64,000 nucleotides of DNA, taken from positions 1-64,000 of the IMG/VR virus record IMGVR_UViG_2728369482_000003, one strand, 5' to 3'. This DNA comes from a virus. Lineage: Duplodnaviria > Caudoviricetes. A program made the position numbers and the translations under genes. This document shows positions 8,465 to 17,234 of the stretch, in pieces. How positions within the stretch are numbered: the stretch's first letter is position 1; each line of letters opens with the position of its first letter. The notes beneath the pieces are model-generated. The model was not told the DNA's origin. It did no database searches and saw only the letters and a list, made by a program, of their open reading frames with translations.

Positions 8465-8487
8465 AAATCAATTAGGTTTGGTTTAAA

Positions 8488-8523
8488 CGTAAAACGAGCC
8501 GGTCAGCATAACCAACCGGCCCG
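8488..8523 (-). terminator. Rho-independent terminator candidate
   Basis: Minus strand CGGGCCGGTTGG-TTAT-GCTGACCGGCTCG followed by TTTT, just after the 8548-9036 stop. Confidence 0.6.
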
Positions 8524-8547
8524 AAAGTCAGATAAAGCAAATCGGTA

Positions 8548-9036
8548 TTAAGCCGCCAGCAGCATAGGTTCCAGACCCAGACTAACCAGGTCAACTTCGG
8601 TTACCTTGTCCAGTGAATCCGTCCAGTAACCACTGTCGATGAGTCCCTGGGCCAGTTCCCGGTTCAGGTTTTGGGAAAAGCCCGGATTGGCAATCAGGTA
8701 GATCGTTTTCATCGGAGCCAGATCCTCGGATTTCTGGGTAAGCTGATCCCGCAGCAGTTTCAGAGCGATAGCCTTGTTGCGGGCATTCTGGGTCCGCTCT
8801 TCCATATCAGTTACTTTCTTCAGCTGCTCATCCAGTAGCTCCTGAACAACACTGGCATTATCCAGACAACTCTCGAAGGTCTGGGTAGTCAGATCGATTT
8901 CCATTCGAACGGTTTTACCCTTGAGTTGATCCGGCAACAGATCCAGGGCTTCCCGGCGGGCAAATAAACTACGGTTGAACTCCAGAACGGTTACGGCTTC
9001 ATTCTGTTTTACGCTGATATACTGGTCAGAATTCAT
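8548..9036 (-). CDS. Hypothetical protein with central coiled coil
   Basis: 162 aa, followed by a terminator-like hairpin. Confidence 0.75.
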   Translation of the reverse strand: MNSDQYISVKQNEAVTVLEFNRSLFARREALDLLPDQLKGKTVRMEIDLTTQTFESCLDNASVVQELLDEQLKKVTDMEERTQNARNKAIALKLLRDQLTQKSEDLAPMKTIYLIANPGFSQNLNRELAQGLIDSGYWTDSLDKVTEVDLVSLGLEPMLLAA

Positions 9037-9272
9037 TGGTTAGGTAGAATTTGGTTGATTGGGAATAAAAACTGAGCGAATGGTCTACAAAGAAAATCGG
9101 GTTCGATGAAACTACCAACTGGTACAGTTACATCGATTAACAAATAGTTTACATTGTTAGTAAACGGTTTTTGATACCCCATTTAATCCCCTGACCGATC
9201 CGACTTTTAATCCGTACTTCCCCCTACCCCAGGGGTACCCCGGCCGGTTGTAAACCAGCGGTTCGTTTACCG

Positions 9273-9359
9273 TTACTTCGGCAGACTATTCTGAAAACAC
9301 ATCGCCTGCTGGTAGTCCTCGAAGGTATACGGGATACCATCAACAAGAATCTGGTACAT
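9273..9359 (-). CDS. Putative 28-aa microprotein (MYQILVDGIPYTFEDYQQAMCFQNSLPK)
   Basis: Read directly from the minus strand; weak similarity to the 22-aa ORF at 16673-16741. Confidence 0.4.
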   Translation of the reverse strand: MYQILVDGIPYTFEDYQQAMCFQNSLPK

Positions 9360-9371
9360 AGCTAGCTGGTT

Positions 9372-9608
9372 TTAGTTGAGTTGATAGGTTTTGACTTTTC
9401 GGATGGACAGCCACTCGGCTTCTTTCTGGGTAAGTTCCCGTTGCCGGTCCCGGTAGTATAGGTTTACCTGGGACATGGCCAGCAGGGTCAGGATGATACT
9501 GGTTACTCCGCCACAGGCCAAAAGCGATCCGTCGAGCCGGGTATAGCCAATGAGAGCCGATTCACCCATAAGTAAAGCCACAAAGAAAATAAGCCAGGAA
9601 GTTGCCAT
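9372..9608 (-). CDS. Small two-TM membrane protein
   Basis: Two hydrophobic segments followed by a charged tail. Confidence 0.65.
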   Translation of the reverse strand: MATSWLIFFVALLMGESALIGYTRLDGSLLACGGVTSIILTLLAMSQVNLYYRDRQRELTQKEAEWLSIRKVKTYQLN

Positions 9609-9786
9609 TGGATAAACAGTTGATGGGGTTACCGAGTTGATTACGTAGCTTTACACTGTGATGCTGCCGGAAGAGCCGGTCAGGAATACCCCGTGGGTTA
9701 TCCTGGTCTATCACGAGACTAAAAAGCCGGATCTGTTGTCCTTTAAGGATCAGATCCGGCTTCACTGTTTAAAAGGTATTTAGGGA

Positions 9787-10137
9787 CTACAGGTCGATGT
9801 ACTCAATGACTGAACCCGTTGATTCCGGAGTTTTGGTATCAAAGAGACGAATCAATTCAGCCTTTCCATACCTGATGGCTTCTTCGGCGGACTTAAACCA
9901 GGTATCCGAATCCTGGTATCGGTAGTTTGCCGGACCATTTACATACCCCCAGTCACTGGTCAGGGTTTCTTCCAGTAGGTATTGATCTTTTTTAACGAAT
10001 CGATCGTCTATAAGGCTACCTGATTTTATCGGCAGATAGATCCGACACTGGTAATTCAGTTCCGGTAATTTAGCTGTATCCAGCAGCGCATGAACAAACG
10101 GCTTCAATCCAGTAAATTGATTGTCAACAGGTGGCAT
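9787..10137 (-). CDS. KPFV/VIEYxDL-family paralog 3
   Basis: KPFV...WG...F.SAEEAIRYGKAELIRLF...SVIEYIDL. Confidence 0.8.
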   Translation of the reverse strand: MPPVDNQFTGLKPFVHALLDTAKLPELNYQCRIYLPIKSGSLIDDRFVKKDQYLLEETLTSDWGYVNGPANYRYQDSDTWFKSAEEAIRYGKAELIRLFDTKTPESTGSVIEYIDL

Positions 10138-10148
10138 AACGGGTTGGT

Positions 10149-10472
10149 TTACAGGTCTACGTATTCGATTACCGATGATTGCTGGGCTGGCTGGGGTGTA
10201 CCGAAGATGGTCAGGAGTTGTTGTTTACCGTACTCGATGGCTTCCTGGGGTGTGTCGAAGAGTTGATTAACATCAACACGGTTTCTATACTCTTTATTAG
10301 TGAAAGTCCCCCAGACATTATACAAGCTTTCTCCCAGTAGTTTAGTGTTGGGTTTCTGAAATCTCTCCTCTATCTGACTAATTGAATTTACGGGTAAACC
10401 GATTACAGGTATATACTTAATTTCGGGAAGTATTTCCCGGCTGATTTGATAGGTAACAAATGGCTTTTTCAT
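10149..10472 (-). CDS. KPFV/VIEYxDL-family paralog 2
   Basis: MKKPFV...WG...FDTPQEAIEYGKQQLLTIFG...SVIEYVDL. Confidence 0.8.
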   Translation of the reverse strand: MKKPFVTYQISREILPEIKYIPVIGLPVNSISQIEERFQKPNTKLLGESLYNVWGTFTNKEYRNRVDVNQLFDTPQEAIEYGKQQLLTIFGTPQPAQQSSVIEYVDL

Positions 10473-10484
10473 AACTATCCCGGA

Positions 10485-11036
10485 TTACAAGTTGACAAAT
10501 TCGATGACGTTGGTGGATTCAGGCTCCGGTTTACCGAACACTCGTTGTAGCTCGGCTTTTCCGTAGGCCTTGGCTTCTTCGGGGGTATCAAAGATTGCTC
10601 TGCTCATTTTGTACCGGTAGGTATCTTTCTGATTCCTTCCACCCCAACGACTACCCAATCCTTCACTCAATAACGTTTCAACTGAACGGTATTGCTGGAC
10701 AATCATATTACCGCCGGGTTCAGCTGGAATAAAAATACCAGCCTTGTACTTGACGGCTTCTGGGAGCTGATCATCATCGATTAAAGCCGAAACAAAGGGT
10801 TTGTTCATGGGTTTAACGAGTTTGAAACGGGTGTAACGGAAATTCCAGGTATTTATGTCTGTATCACCAATGAGCGTGATGAAATCATTGGCTTTGTTGG
10901 AATAGCCATTGTTAGTAATTTGGTCTACCTGATACTCTTTTCCTTCGACCAACTTAGTTAACGGCTCGGAACAATTGGATGGAGATTTAGCATCAATACA
11001 GATGACCTTGTCACCCGGTTTGAACGGATTAGCCAT
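10485..11036 (-). CDS. Fusion of SH3-like module (DPFQ-family body) with KPFV/VIEYxDL domain (start corrected to ATG 11036)
   Basis: MANPFKPGDKVICID...LVEGKEYQV...RFKLV then MNKPFV...FDTPEEAKAYGKAELQRVFG...NVIEFVNL. Confidence 0.8.
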   Translation of the reverse strand: MANPFKPGDKVICIDAKSPSNCSEPLTKLVEGKEYQVDQITNNGYSNKANDFITLIGDTDINTWNFRYTRFKLVKPMNKPFVSALIDDDQLPEAVKYKAGIFIPAEPGGNMIVQQYRSVETLLSEGLGSRWGGRNQKDTYRYKMSRAIFDTPEEAKAYGKAELQRVFGKPEPESTNVIEFVNL

Positions 11037-11328
11037 GGTGTAACGGGGATTTAGTTGTGGATTACTGTTTAGCTGGGAAGAAGCCGCTACGTCCGTACCG
11101 GTTCTTGAGTACTCGTTCACCCTCAACTGTTCGGTAGTAGATTTTCAGAGCCCGGTATTTCAGGTTATTACCCAGAACAAAGTCAGAGAAGGTTAAGCTG
11201 GCAGCCGGCTTATCAAGTGAGGTATTCAGTAGATCAGTGGTTTCCAGCTCCAGATTGAAGTTTAACTCATTGATTGGGTGTTGAATCATACGGATTGTTT
11301 GGTGGATTGAATAATGGATCAAACAGGC

Positions 11329-11736
11329 TTATTCATCGGTTACAGCCAGTCCTTTTGGAATCAGGTTACCGACGTCGTAGTACAACGACTGAAGCCAGAG
11401 TACGGCTTCGGTAGAGTCACTCAGGTACTCAATTCGTCCAGGGTCCTGATTAAAGTAGTCAATGATGAAATCGTCCGTATGAGCTGATTCTGGATGAGTC
11501 AACCGGAACAGCTCGATAACGTGGCTGATTCGGATCTGGGAGAGTGGTCGAAGAACCGGCTTGACAAAGTTGGGATGTACCGTAGTGGTATAATCCGTTT
11601 TGCCTGGTTCAGTCACCCGGTACGTAATGTGATGACGGGTTAACTCGGTGATAGTGGATCGTTCATTAGTCACGCCCATCCCGTTGATCTCGATGGGTTG
11701 ACCGATGTGGTAATAGGTAATGGGCAGGTAATCCAT
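11329..11736 (-). CDS. Conserved-type Bacteroidota phage hypothetical protein
   Basis: VKPVLRPLS motif and C-terminal WL...YDV.NLI.KGLA pattern. Confidence 0.7.
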   Translation of the reverse strand: MDYLPITYYHIGQPIEINGMGVTNERSTITELTRHHITYRVTEPGKTDYTTTVHPNFVKPVLRPLSQIRISHVIELFRLTHPESAHTDDFIIDYFNQDPGRIEYLSDSTEAVLWLQSLYYDVGNLIPKGLAVTDE

Positions 11737-11746
11737 GGGTTACGGA

Positions 11747-12595
11747 TTAGTTGTGGTACCCTCTTGAAGGCATATTCACTCGTATCGTTTCGTCTTTGAT
11801 AATGGGTTTCTTCCCATTTTTCCGGTAATAATCAGTTTTACTCATGAACGTTGAAAAATCAAGGTTTTCCAATGCCCATTCGACATAGTTTGGATCAATC
11901 TTTTTTATTTCAGCTAAGCTTTTCATCCGATGTTTACCAAATGGAATAACTACACTATCCTTTACGGTTAAAAGATTGATTCTGTGTAAGTTATCGGGTT
12001 GATCTGGTTTACAGAATGTAGCTTCTTTTCGGTTATACGTTTTTAATCGAAGCCTACCAATCTGATATTGTTGCCCCCATTCCCCATGTATGAATTCACT
12101 CTTCATCGTATCTAGTTTGTACTGAAGCCAAGTGTATAATTTTGAGTAATCTCTGGTTACAATGTCAAACGTATTTGTTGAAGGATCATAGTGGGTGTAA
12201 CTCAATGGAGACTTGTTTACACCGTTTAACAGGTAGCTTCCTTTATCTTCAATATGGATATAGTCTCCAATTATCTGATACAAGTCTCCACCACGAGGTT
12301 TGTACTGAATGTTCAGAATGGGTTTGAAATATTCGATTCGTTTTCGTTCGACAGCCGTCAAGTCTGATAAAAACACTTCTTCATACCGGTACCGGGTAAA
12401 GTGTTTATTGGTCGAATGAGCCCCTATCCTTCCCTGTAGATTGGTTGTCTGTCCAATGTAGATCAGAATATTATCGTGATACAGATAATAGATGTATCCA
12501 ATTTCCTTGTGGTTTCTCTGAGGAGCATTGTACCAGTCTGAATAGACAATAAACGGAGCTTCCGGAGTAGTTTCCGGGGTTTGATCAGCCGTCAT
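11747..12595 (-). CDS. GIY-YIG nuclease-domain protein with C-terminal PFGK(H/Y) domain
   Basis: GYIYYL...IYIGQTTNLQGRIGAH...VERKRIEYFKPILN; C-terminal IPFGKHRMKSLAEI...PNYVEW (exonuclease X C-terminal/DUF3820-like). Confidence 0.75.
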   Translation of the reverse strand: MTADQTPETTPEAPFIVYSDWYNAPQRNHKEIGYIYYLYHDNILIYIGQTTNLQGRIGAHSTNKHFTRYRYEEVFLSDLTAVERKRIEYFKPILNIQYKPRGGDLYQIIGDYIHIEDKGSYLLNGVNKSPLSYTHYDPSTNTFDIVTRDYSKLYTWLQYKLDTMKSEFIHGEWGQQYQIGRLRLKTYNRKEATFCKPDQPDNLHRINLLTVKDSVVIPFGKHRMKSLAEIKKIDPNYVEWALENLDFSTFMSKTDYYRKNGKKPIIKDETIRVNMPSRGYHN

Positions 12596-12661
12596 GAAGG
12601 TTGGTGTATTCGGTACGAGTGAGGAAGGAGTCCCGTAGTATCAGGAGTCCTATTAATACAC

Positions 12662-12669
12662 CAAAGATA
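12662..12669 (-). promoter_or_regulatory. Bacteroidota sigma-A -7 element (TATCTTTG) facing the GIY-YIG gene
   Basis: Exact TAnnTTTG match on the minus strand in the divergent intergenic region. Confidence 0.6.
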
Positions 12670-12711
12670 CACTATTACTGATTAACTGTAGTATTAAAAT
12701 GGGGATTGTCG

Positions 12712-12719
12712 TATCTTTA
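12712..12719 (+). promoter_or_regulatory. Near-consensus -7 element (TATCTTTA) 4 nt before the repL-like ATG
   Basis: One mismatch to TAnnTTTG; forms an inverted pair with 12663-12670. Confidence 0.45.
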
Positions 12720-12723
12720 ATCT

Positions 12724-13314
12724 ATGGATACTTTACCGGATCAATTAATGAATCAAACCAAGAATCAATCTTTTCTCCCTGACCAGAACAAGACCTCAAT
12801 CAAGGAACACGGGGCTTACTTCAAAAACCCGTTCGATCTCTTTGGTATCAATCTGAAAGTTGTTCATGAACCAGCCGAAACCTTCGACGGAGTCAATGCG
12901 GATACTGGAGAAGTCATCAAAGGCAGCATTTATGGGAAAACCAAAACGATAGCTCACGACTCAACTCCGTACATCAAGCTATTCCAACCGGAAATGATGA
13001 AGTTTGGTGATTTGGGTGTACCCGGTCTTAAACTGTTATGCTATATCATGTACCGGCTGAAACCACGGCAGGATTTTATTCAGATGGATATCGAAGACTT
13101 TCTCCGGACTGCCGGATACTCCACGATTCCCAATAAACGAGGGCAGGTAAACCGGATTCCGTATTACACAGCCGTAGTTGAATTACTAAACAAAAACTAC
13201 ATTGCCAAGAAGACTGGTGGTGATACCCATTTCTTTATCAATGGCAACCGATTCTTTAACGGAGACCGCAGAACTCACTGGAAACCAGTACTGAGTAGTA
13301 TCGAAGTAGTGTAG
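12724..13314 (+). CDS. RepL-like (plasmid replication protein-type winged-helix) protein
   Basis: PYIKLF...GLKLLCYI...YYTAVVELLNKNYIAK...HFFINGNRFFNGDR pattern typical of the RepL family; lone plus-strand gene in the minus block. Confidence 0.7.
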   Translation: MDTLPDQLMNQTKNQSFLPDQNKTSIKEHGAYFKNPFDLFGINLKVVHEPAETFDGVNADTGEVIKGSIYGKTKTIAHDSTPYIKLFQPEMMKFGDLGVPGLKLLCYIMYRLKPRQDFIQMDIEDFLRTAGYSTIPNKRGQVNRIPYYTAVVELLNKNYIAKKTGGDTHFFINGNRFFNGDRRTHWKPVLSSIEVV

Positions 13315-13451
13315 TAAGTAGTATCATCTGGTGATAGTACTTGGTATTAGTAATCAGTGAGTTACGTCTCGTTCCTTTTTGAATATATTCAACCCGTATT
13401 CCAACGGATTCATCCCGGGTTTTCAACGGGTTCAGACGGGTAAAAATTGGC

Positions 13452-13664
13452 TCAATCGGGATCCCGGTATTCAGTCCGTAGGACATTCATGGCTTCTTCC
13501 CGGGTATATACGGTAGTCCAGCGGCCCAGAACCATCTGATGATCACAAACAGGACAGGTGGTTGCGATGATAACCCAGGGTTTCCCGTCTTTTTCACCAG
13601 GATGGAAATCAACGGATTCAACGGGAATACTGGAAAAGCAACGTGGACAAGGGATGGAAGACAT
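13452..13664 (-). CDS. Small zinc-ribbon protein
   Basis: CPRC...CPVC. Confidence 0.65.
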   Translation of the reverse strand: MSSIPCPRCFSSIPVESVDFHPGEKDGKPWVIIATTCPVCDHQMVLGRWTTVYTREEAMNVLRTEYRDPD

Positions 13665-13854
13665 GAGTCAAACAGGTTTATACGGCTATAACTCAGGAAT
13701 CAACGGGTTTTTGAGGGTTTGGAATGAAGGGCGAAAGGGTGGTTATTCCTTGACTATCAAGCAGTTACGTCCTCAGTCCCGTTAATCCCGTCCGTATTCC
13801 ACCGCTTCCCAGGTATTGTGTTATTCCGGGAATTCATCTGGAATATGTGCGGGT

Positions 13855-14145
13855 TTATTCCGATAAACACTGGATTATTCCGGGATATTCAACGGATTCA
13901 AATCTTCGTCTGTAATCCGTTTCAACCGCAGCGGCGGACCGTCCATCTCCACCCAGTACTCCCTGCAGGCCTTCGATACTGGCATTCAGGGAAGCCAGGT
14001 CAGCCTGTAATACCGGAAGAGATTCACTGGATACCTGGTCATGTTTACCGGTTAATTCGGAGATCATGGTGGTTAATTCATCCCGTTGTTCCAGGTATTG
14101 GTTCAACTGGTTGACAAGGGCAGGACGGTCGTCTGGTGTTTCCAT
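13855..14145 (-). CDS. Hypothetical coiled-coil protein
   Basis: Heptad pattern. Confidence 0.6.
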   Translation of the reverse strand: METPDDRPALVNQLNQYLEQRDELTTMISELTGKHDQVSSESLPVLQADLASLNASIEGLQGVLGGDGRSAAAVETDYRRRFESVEYPGIIQCLSE

Positions 14146-14194
14146 GAGTGATTCGATTGGTTTACCGGTGTAACCGGGTATTGGTTGTCTGGAT

Positions 14195-14389
14195 TCATAC
14201 CTGGTTTGGTTTAGGGATTCGACGGAGTTGCTGGAGTACCCACTGTAGTTCCTGATTCCGGCTGCCTAGGTTGACGACCTCTTCGTAGCGGCTCTGTTGA
14301 ACGGCGGACTCAGCCTGCACCAGGTTATCAGCCATCCGTCCCTGGATCAGATCGACCAGTTGTTTCCGTAGTCTATTACCTGGGTTCAT
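14195..14389 (-). CDS. Hypothetical protein
   Basis: ATGA-coupled. Confidence 0.55.
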   Translation of the reverse strand: MNPGNRLRKQLVDLIQGRMADNLVQAESAVQQSRYEEVVNLGSRNQELQWVLQQLRRIPKPNQV

Positions 14390-14652
14390 TGGTCTAGTTC
14401 AGGGTTAAACAGGAAGGCCAGGTGTGGGAAATCGATTCGCATCCGTTCCAGGTAGTAATCCATGTACCGGTTGTTCCAGTCATTGACGTCCTCTCCTGGC
14501 TGTTGATCGAGCTCGGCCGGTACATCCCGTTTGTGGTTTTTGTGTGGATATCCGTTCAGTTCCGGATACCTGTCGAAATCAAAGCAGTCCTGGCCCAGCA
14601 GTCCGGCTCTCCGTTTAAATCGTTCTTCCGGTGCTTCAGTAGTCTGGTTCAT
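14386..14652 (-). CDS. Hypothetical protein
   Basis: In leftward operon. Confidence 0.6.
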   Translation of the reverse strand: MNQTTEAPEERFKRRAGLLGQDCFDFDRYPELNGYPHKNHKRDVPAELDQQPGEDVNDWNNRYMDYYLERMRIDFPHLAFLFNPELDQ

Positions 14653-14664
14653 GGTTGGTAGAGC

Positions 14665-15057
14665 TTACAGTAACAGTTGTTCAAGGGTGTTGATCGATTC
14701 CTGGAGCTGATAGATAACTCCGACTCGAAACAGGTACCGTTCGATATTCCCCGATTCTTCCAATTGATCTCGTTTCAACCGTTCTTCATCCAGTTCGGTC
14801 TTCCAGTTAGCCAGTACGGCTTCTTCAGACCAGTTATCAGGTGAATCTCCGTAGTGAGCTGTGTCGAATCCGATAACCCATCCCTTTCCTTCCTCGAAGT
14901 TAGCATAGGTCAGACCTCCGTGAATATCCACTGGTATATGCTCGTAATGAACGTTGAACCACGGATGTCCTTCCGGTAATTCAACGTAGCCGTTTCCCCA
15001 GCCTGTTCCAAATTGTTTGCCCAGGTGTGACTCCATCAGGTGATAGTTCAGTTCCAT
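14665..15057 (-). CDS. Widespread phage hypothetical protein (GYV..P.GHP / HGGLTY / IGFDTAH family)
   Basis: WGNGYVELPEGHPW, VDIHGGLTY, WVIGFDTAHYGD. Confidence 0.8.
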   Translation of the reverse strand: MELNYHLMESHLGKQFGTGWGNGYVELPEGHPWFNVHYEHIPVDIHGGLTYANFEEGKGWVIGFDTAHYGDSPDNWSEEAVLANWKTELDEERLKRDQLEESGNIERYLFRVGVIYQLQESINTLEQLLL

Positions 15058-15071
15058 AATAGGTCTCGTAG

Positions 15072-15380
15072 TTAGTAATGAGTTTGTATCAGATCATAAA
15101 GCTCCGGTTGGTCTTTGTAGTCTTCCAGAGCCTCTCCGTCCACATCGATTCGGTGTTGTATCTGGGGTGTGTATAGGTAAAACCCACAGCTCTCGGCTAC
15201 CCGGAAGACATCGTGGTCAGCCGTTCCCAGATCCTTCCAGGATTCAGATTCATCGACGGGGAAGTTTGGGTTCTTGTCCAGCAGGCAATCCATTCGGGTG
15301 GATTCTACGGTCCAGTTAGAATACCCTTCGTCGAAAAGAGCACAGTGGACACAGGTGTAACAGCGTTTGTCGGAGCTCAC
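15072..15380 (-). CDS. Cys-rich hypothetical protein
   Basis: CYTCVHC...C...C. Confidence 0.6.
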   Translation of the reverse strand: MSSDKRCYTCVHCALFDEGYSNWTVESTRMDCLLDKNPNFPVDESESWKDLGTADHDVFRVAESCGFYLYTPQIQHRIDVDGEALEDYKDQPELYDLIQTHY

Positions 15381-15398
15381 AAGGAATCAGTAGTTAGT

Positions 15399-15587
15399 TC
15401 ACTTGACATAGTTGATTGACAGAAGTACGTGATCGGCTTCAGGTTGGTCCTCGAAGAACGGAGAACTGTACAGGGTCAGCCCACACTCGATGATCTCGGT
15501 AGCCGGATTCTCCTGAATAAACTGGATCAACCGGTTAGCGGCTTTCGTAAAGTCTGCTGCTTTGTAGATAAGCATGGGATCCGTCAT
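15399..15587 (-). CDS. Hypothetical protein
   Basis: Short ORF in operon. Confidence 0.5.
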   Translation of the reverse strand: MTDPMLIYKAADFTKAANRLIQFIQENPATEIIECGLTLYSSPFFEDQPEADHVLLSINYVK

Positions 15588-15596
15588 AGCCTGTAG

Positions 15597-15797
15597 TTAG
15601 TTATGTGAACTGATGGCCTGATTCAATACCTCTTCAGGATACATACCACCTAGTACCAGGATCACCGTCTGGGTTCTCGACGGAGCCCGGTGATAACTGA
15701 TTGATTCCCGGTTCAGGTAATCCAGCATGTTCATCAGATCACTGGCTGAATTGAACCGCAGGTAGGTTTGACGAGCACTTATACCTTGGTAGATCAT
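15597..15797 (-). CDS. Hypothetical protein
   Basis: Short ORF in operon. Confidence 0.5.
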   Translation of the reverse strand: MIYQGISARQTYLRFNSASDLMNMLDYLNRESISYHRAPSRTQTVILVLGGMYPEEVLNQAISSHN

Positions 15798-15906
15798 TGG
15801 TCAGTAGTTAGTTGTGGAATCAGGTGAGCAAAGAAACAACGATTCCACCGGATCACCAAGCCCCATCAAGGCCTGGATCACCGGTGGAATCAATTGTCGA
15901 ATCAGA

Positions 15907-16596
15907 CTAGGCTGCTACGGCCAGCTCTGGAGCCACCGGAATGGTTACACCCGGCTCGTTCCGCTCATTGTACTGCTGGTTGAGCCAGGCCTGATACTCC
16001 GGAGTCTTGTGCTTCTTGCCATCGGCTCCCTCAACCTTGGTTTCCCCCTCGAAGGGTTCCAGCTTGTACTCGTCGTAAGTCGGCTTGGTCTCCGAAGCTG
16101 GCAGGTCTTCCAGCTTACCGAAGCAAAGCTCCGTGTTACGGAACACCAGCTGGTCCTCCACCAGCATGATTTCACCCGTTTTTGGATTGCTCATCGGATC
16201 GATGGTCACGTTTTTGTCTCCGTCCAGACCTGGCCGGCACATGATCGAGACCCCGTTCACCGTGTAAGCCTGCTTGTTGTCCAGCTTAGCCCGGTACGTC
16301 TCCCGGATCGAATAGACGCCACCGTGACCCAGACTGTTGATGTCAACCCCGATGGAAAACCCACCTTCATCGACGGCCTGCTGGGTCATGTTCACGTAGA
16401 ACACCAGCTTCTTGGGACCACCACTGACAGATTCATCCCCCTTTCGACGGAAAGCCAGACTCATCAGGCTGTTGGTGGTGCTGTCCTCGATGATCTGACG
16501 AAGACCCACCGATACGTTCTGGACCCCGTTCTTCTCACTGGTTGGACGGATGTCGAATACTTCTACTACTGGCTTGGCAATGGCTACTGTGTTCAT
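15907..16596 (-). CDS. Hypothetical protein, first large gene of the leftward arm
   Basis: 229 aa with A-rich Bacteroidota-type leader (AAACAAACCAAACAAAAGCC-ATG). Confidence 0.8.
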   Translation of the reverse strand: MNTVAIAKPVVEVFDIRPTSEKNGVQNVSVGLRQIIEDSTTNSLMSLAFRRKGDESVSGGPKKLVFYVNMTQQAVDEGGFSIGVDINSLGHGGVYSIRETYRAKLDNKQAYTVNGVSIMCRPGLDGDKNVTIDPMSNPKTGEIMLVEDQLVFRNTELCFGKLEDLPASETKPTYDEYKLEPFEGETKVEGADGKKHKTPEYQAWLNQQYNERNEPGVTIPVAPELAVAA

Positions 16597-16672
16597 GGCT
16601 TTTGTTTGGTTTGTTTGTTTGGAAATGATTGGTACTACTGGGCAAAGACTATCTGTTCAAGATGGTCACTGC

Positions 16673-16741
16673 TCACTTCTTGTCGTAATCCCGGGCATCA
16701 GCGGGAGATACAACGACTCCGTTAATCAGAACGTAAGACAT
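16673..16741 (-). CDS. Putative 22-aa microprotein (MSYVLINGVVVSPADARDYDKK)
   Basis: Read directly from the minus strand; first ORF left of the switch region. Confidence 0.4.
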   Translation of the reverse strand: MSYVLINGVVVSPADARDYDKK

Positions 16742-16799
16742 GGCTCTACGAAGATTAGCAGGTGATACCCATCCGTTACCGGTCGATGAGTTTTACCCG

Positions 16800-17234
16800 A
16801 CTCCAGCCCGTTTGAAAAACCCTCGGAAACAGACCGGGGGTAGGGGGAAGCCGGTGGGGAGCTGGGCGGGGTTCATAATCCACGTTCTCACTCCCCTCTA
16901 TATCAACTACTTATCTCCTATGAGTTTCTCCCCGCTACCCATTCCAGATACTTTACCCCCGGGGGTACTTCTCACCAGCCGGATCAACCGGGGGATATAT
17001 ACCGGGAATCCCTACCGGATACACACCCGTATTAAAATTTAGTATTCCTGAACTTTTTTGGTAAAAAGTTGCCTACTCGTATAGCGGTATATCCGAAGTT
17101 CTGTTATCTTTGATACGGTTACTACACGTAACCCTTCCCGGGAACCTCTCCAGTTCCTTCTTCCGAATCCCGTTTCGGACCTACTACCGGATCGACGGTA
17201 GATTTCTTCTCCCCTCTCTTCTTCTGCTATCCCA
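16800..17234. promoter_or_regulatory. Divergent switch/control region
   Basis: G-tract cluster 16836-16871, perfect 14-bp palindrome TACCCCCGGGGGTA (16954-16967), inverted repeat AACTTTT..AAAAGTT (17051-17070), TATCTTTG -7 element (17105-17112). Confidence 0.65.

Noticed and set aside
15814-16725. 303-aa plus-strand ORF
   Set aside because: Antisense shadow of 15907-16596, which has the proper leader and matches the operon direction
16740-17042. 100-aa ORF across the switch region
   Set aside because: Low-complexity translation of G/C tracts and palindromes; more likely regulatory DNA
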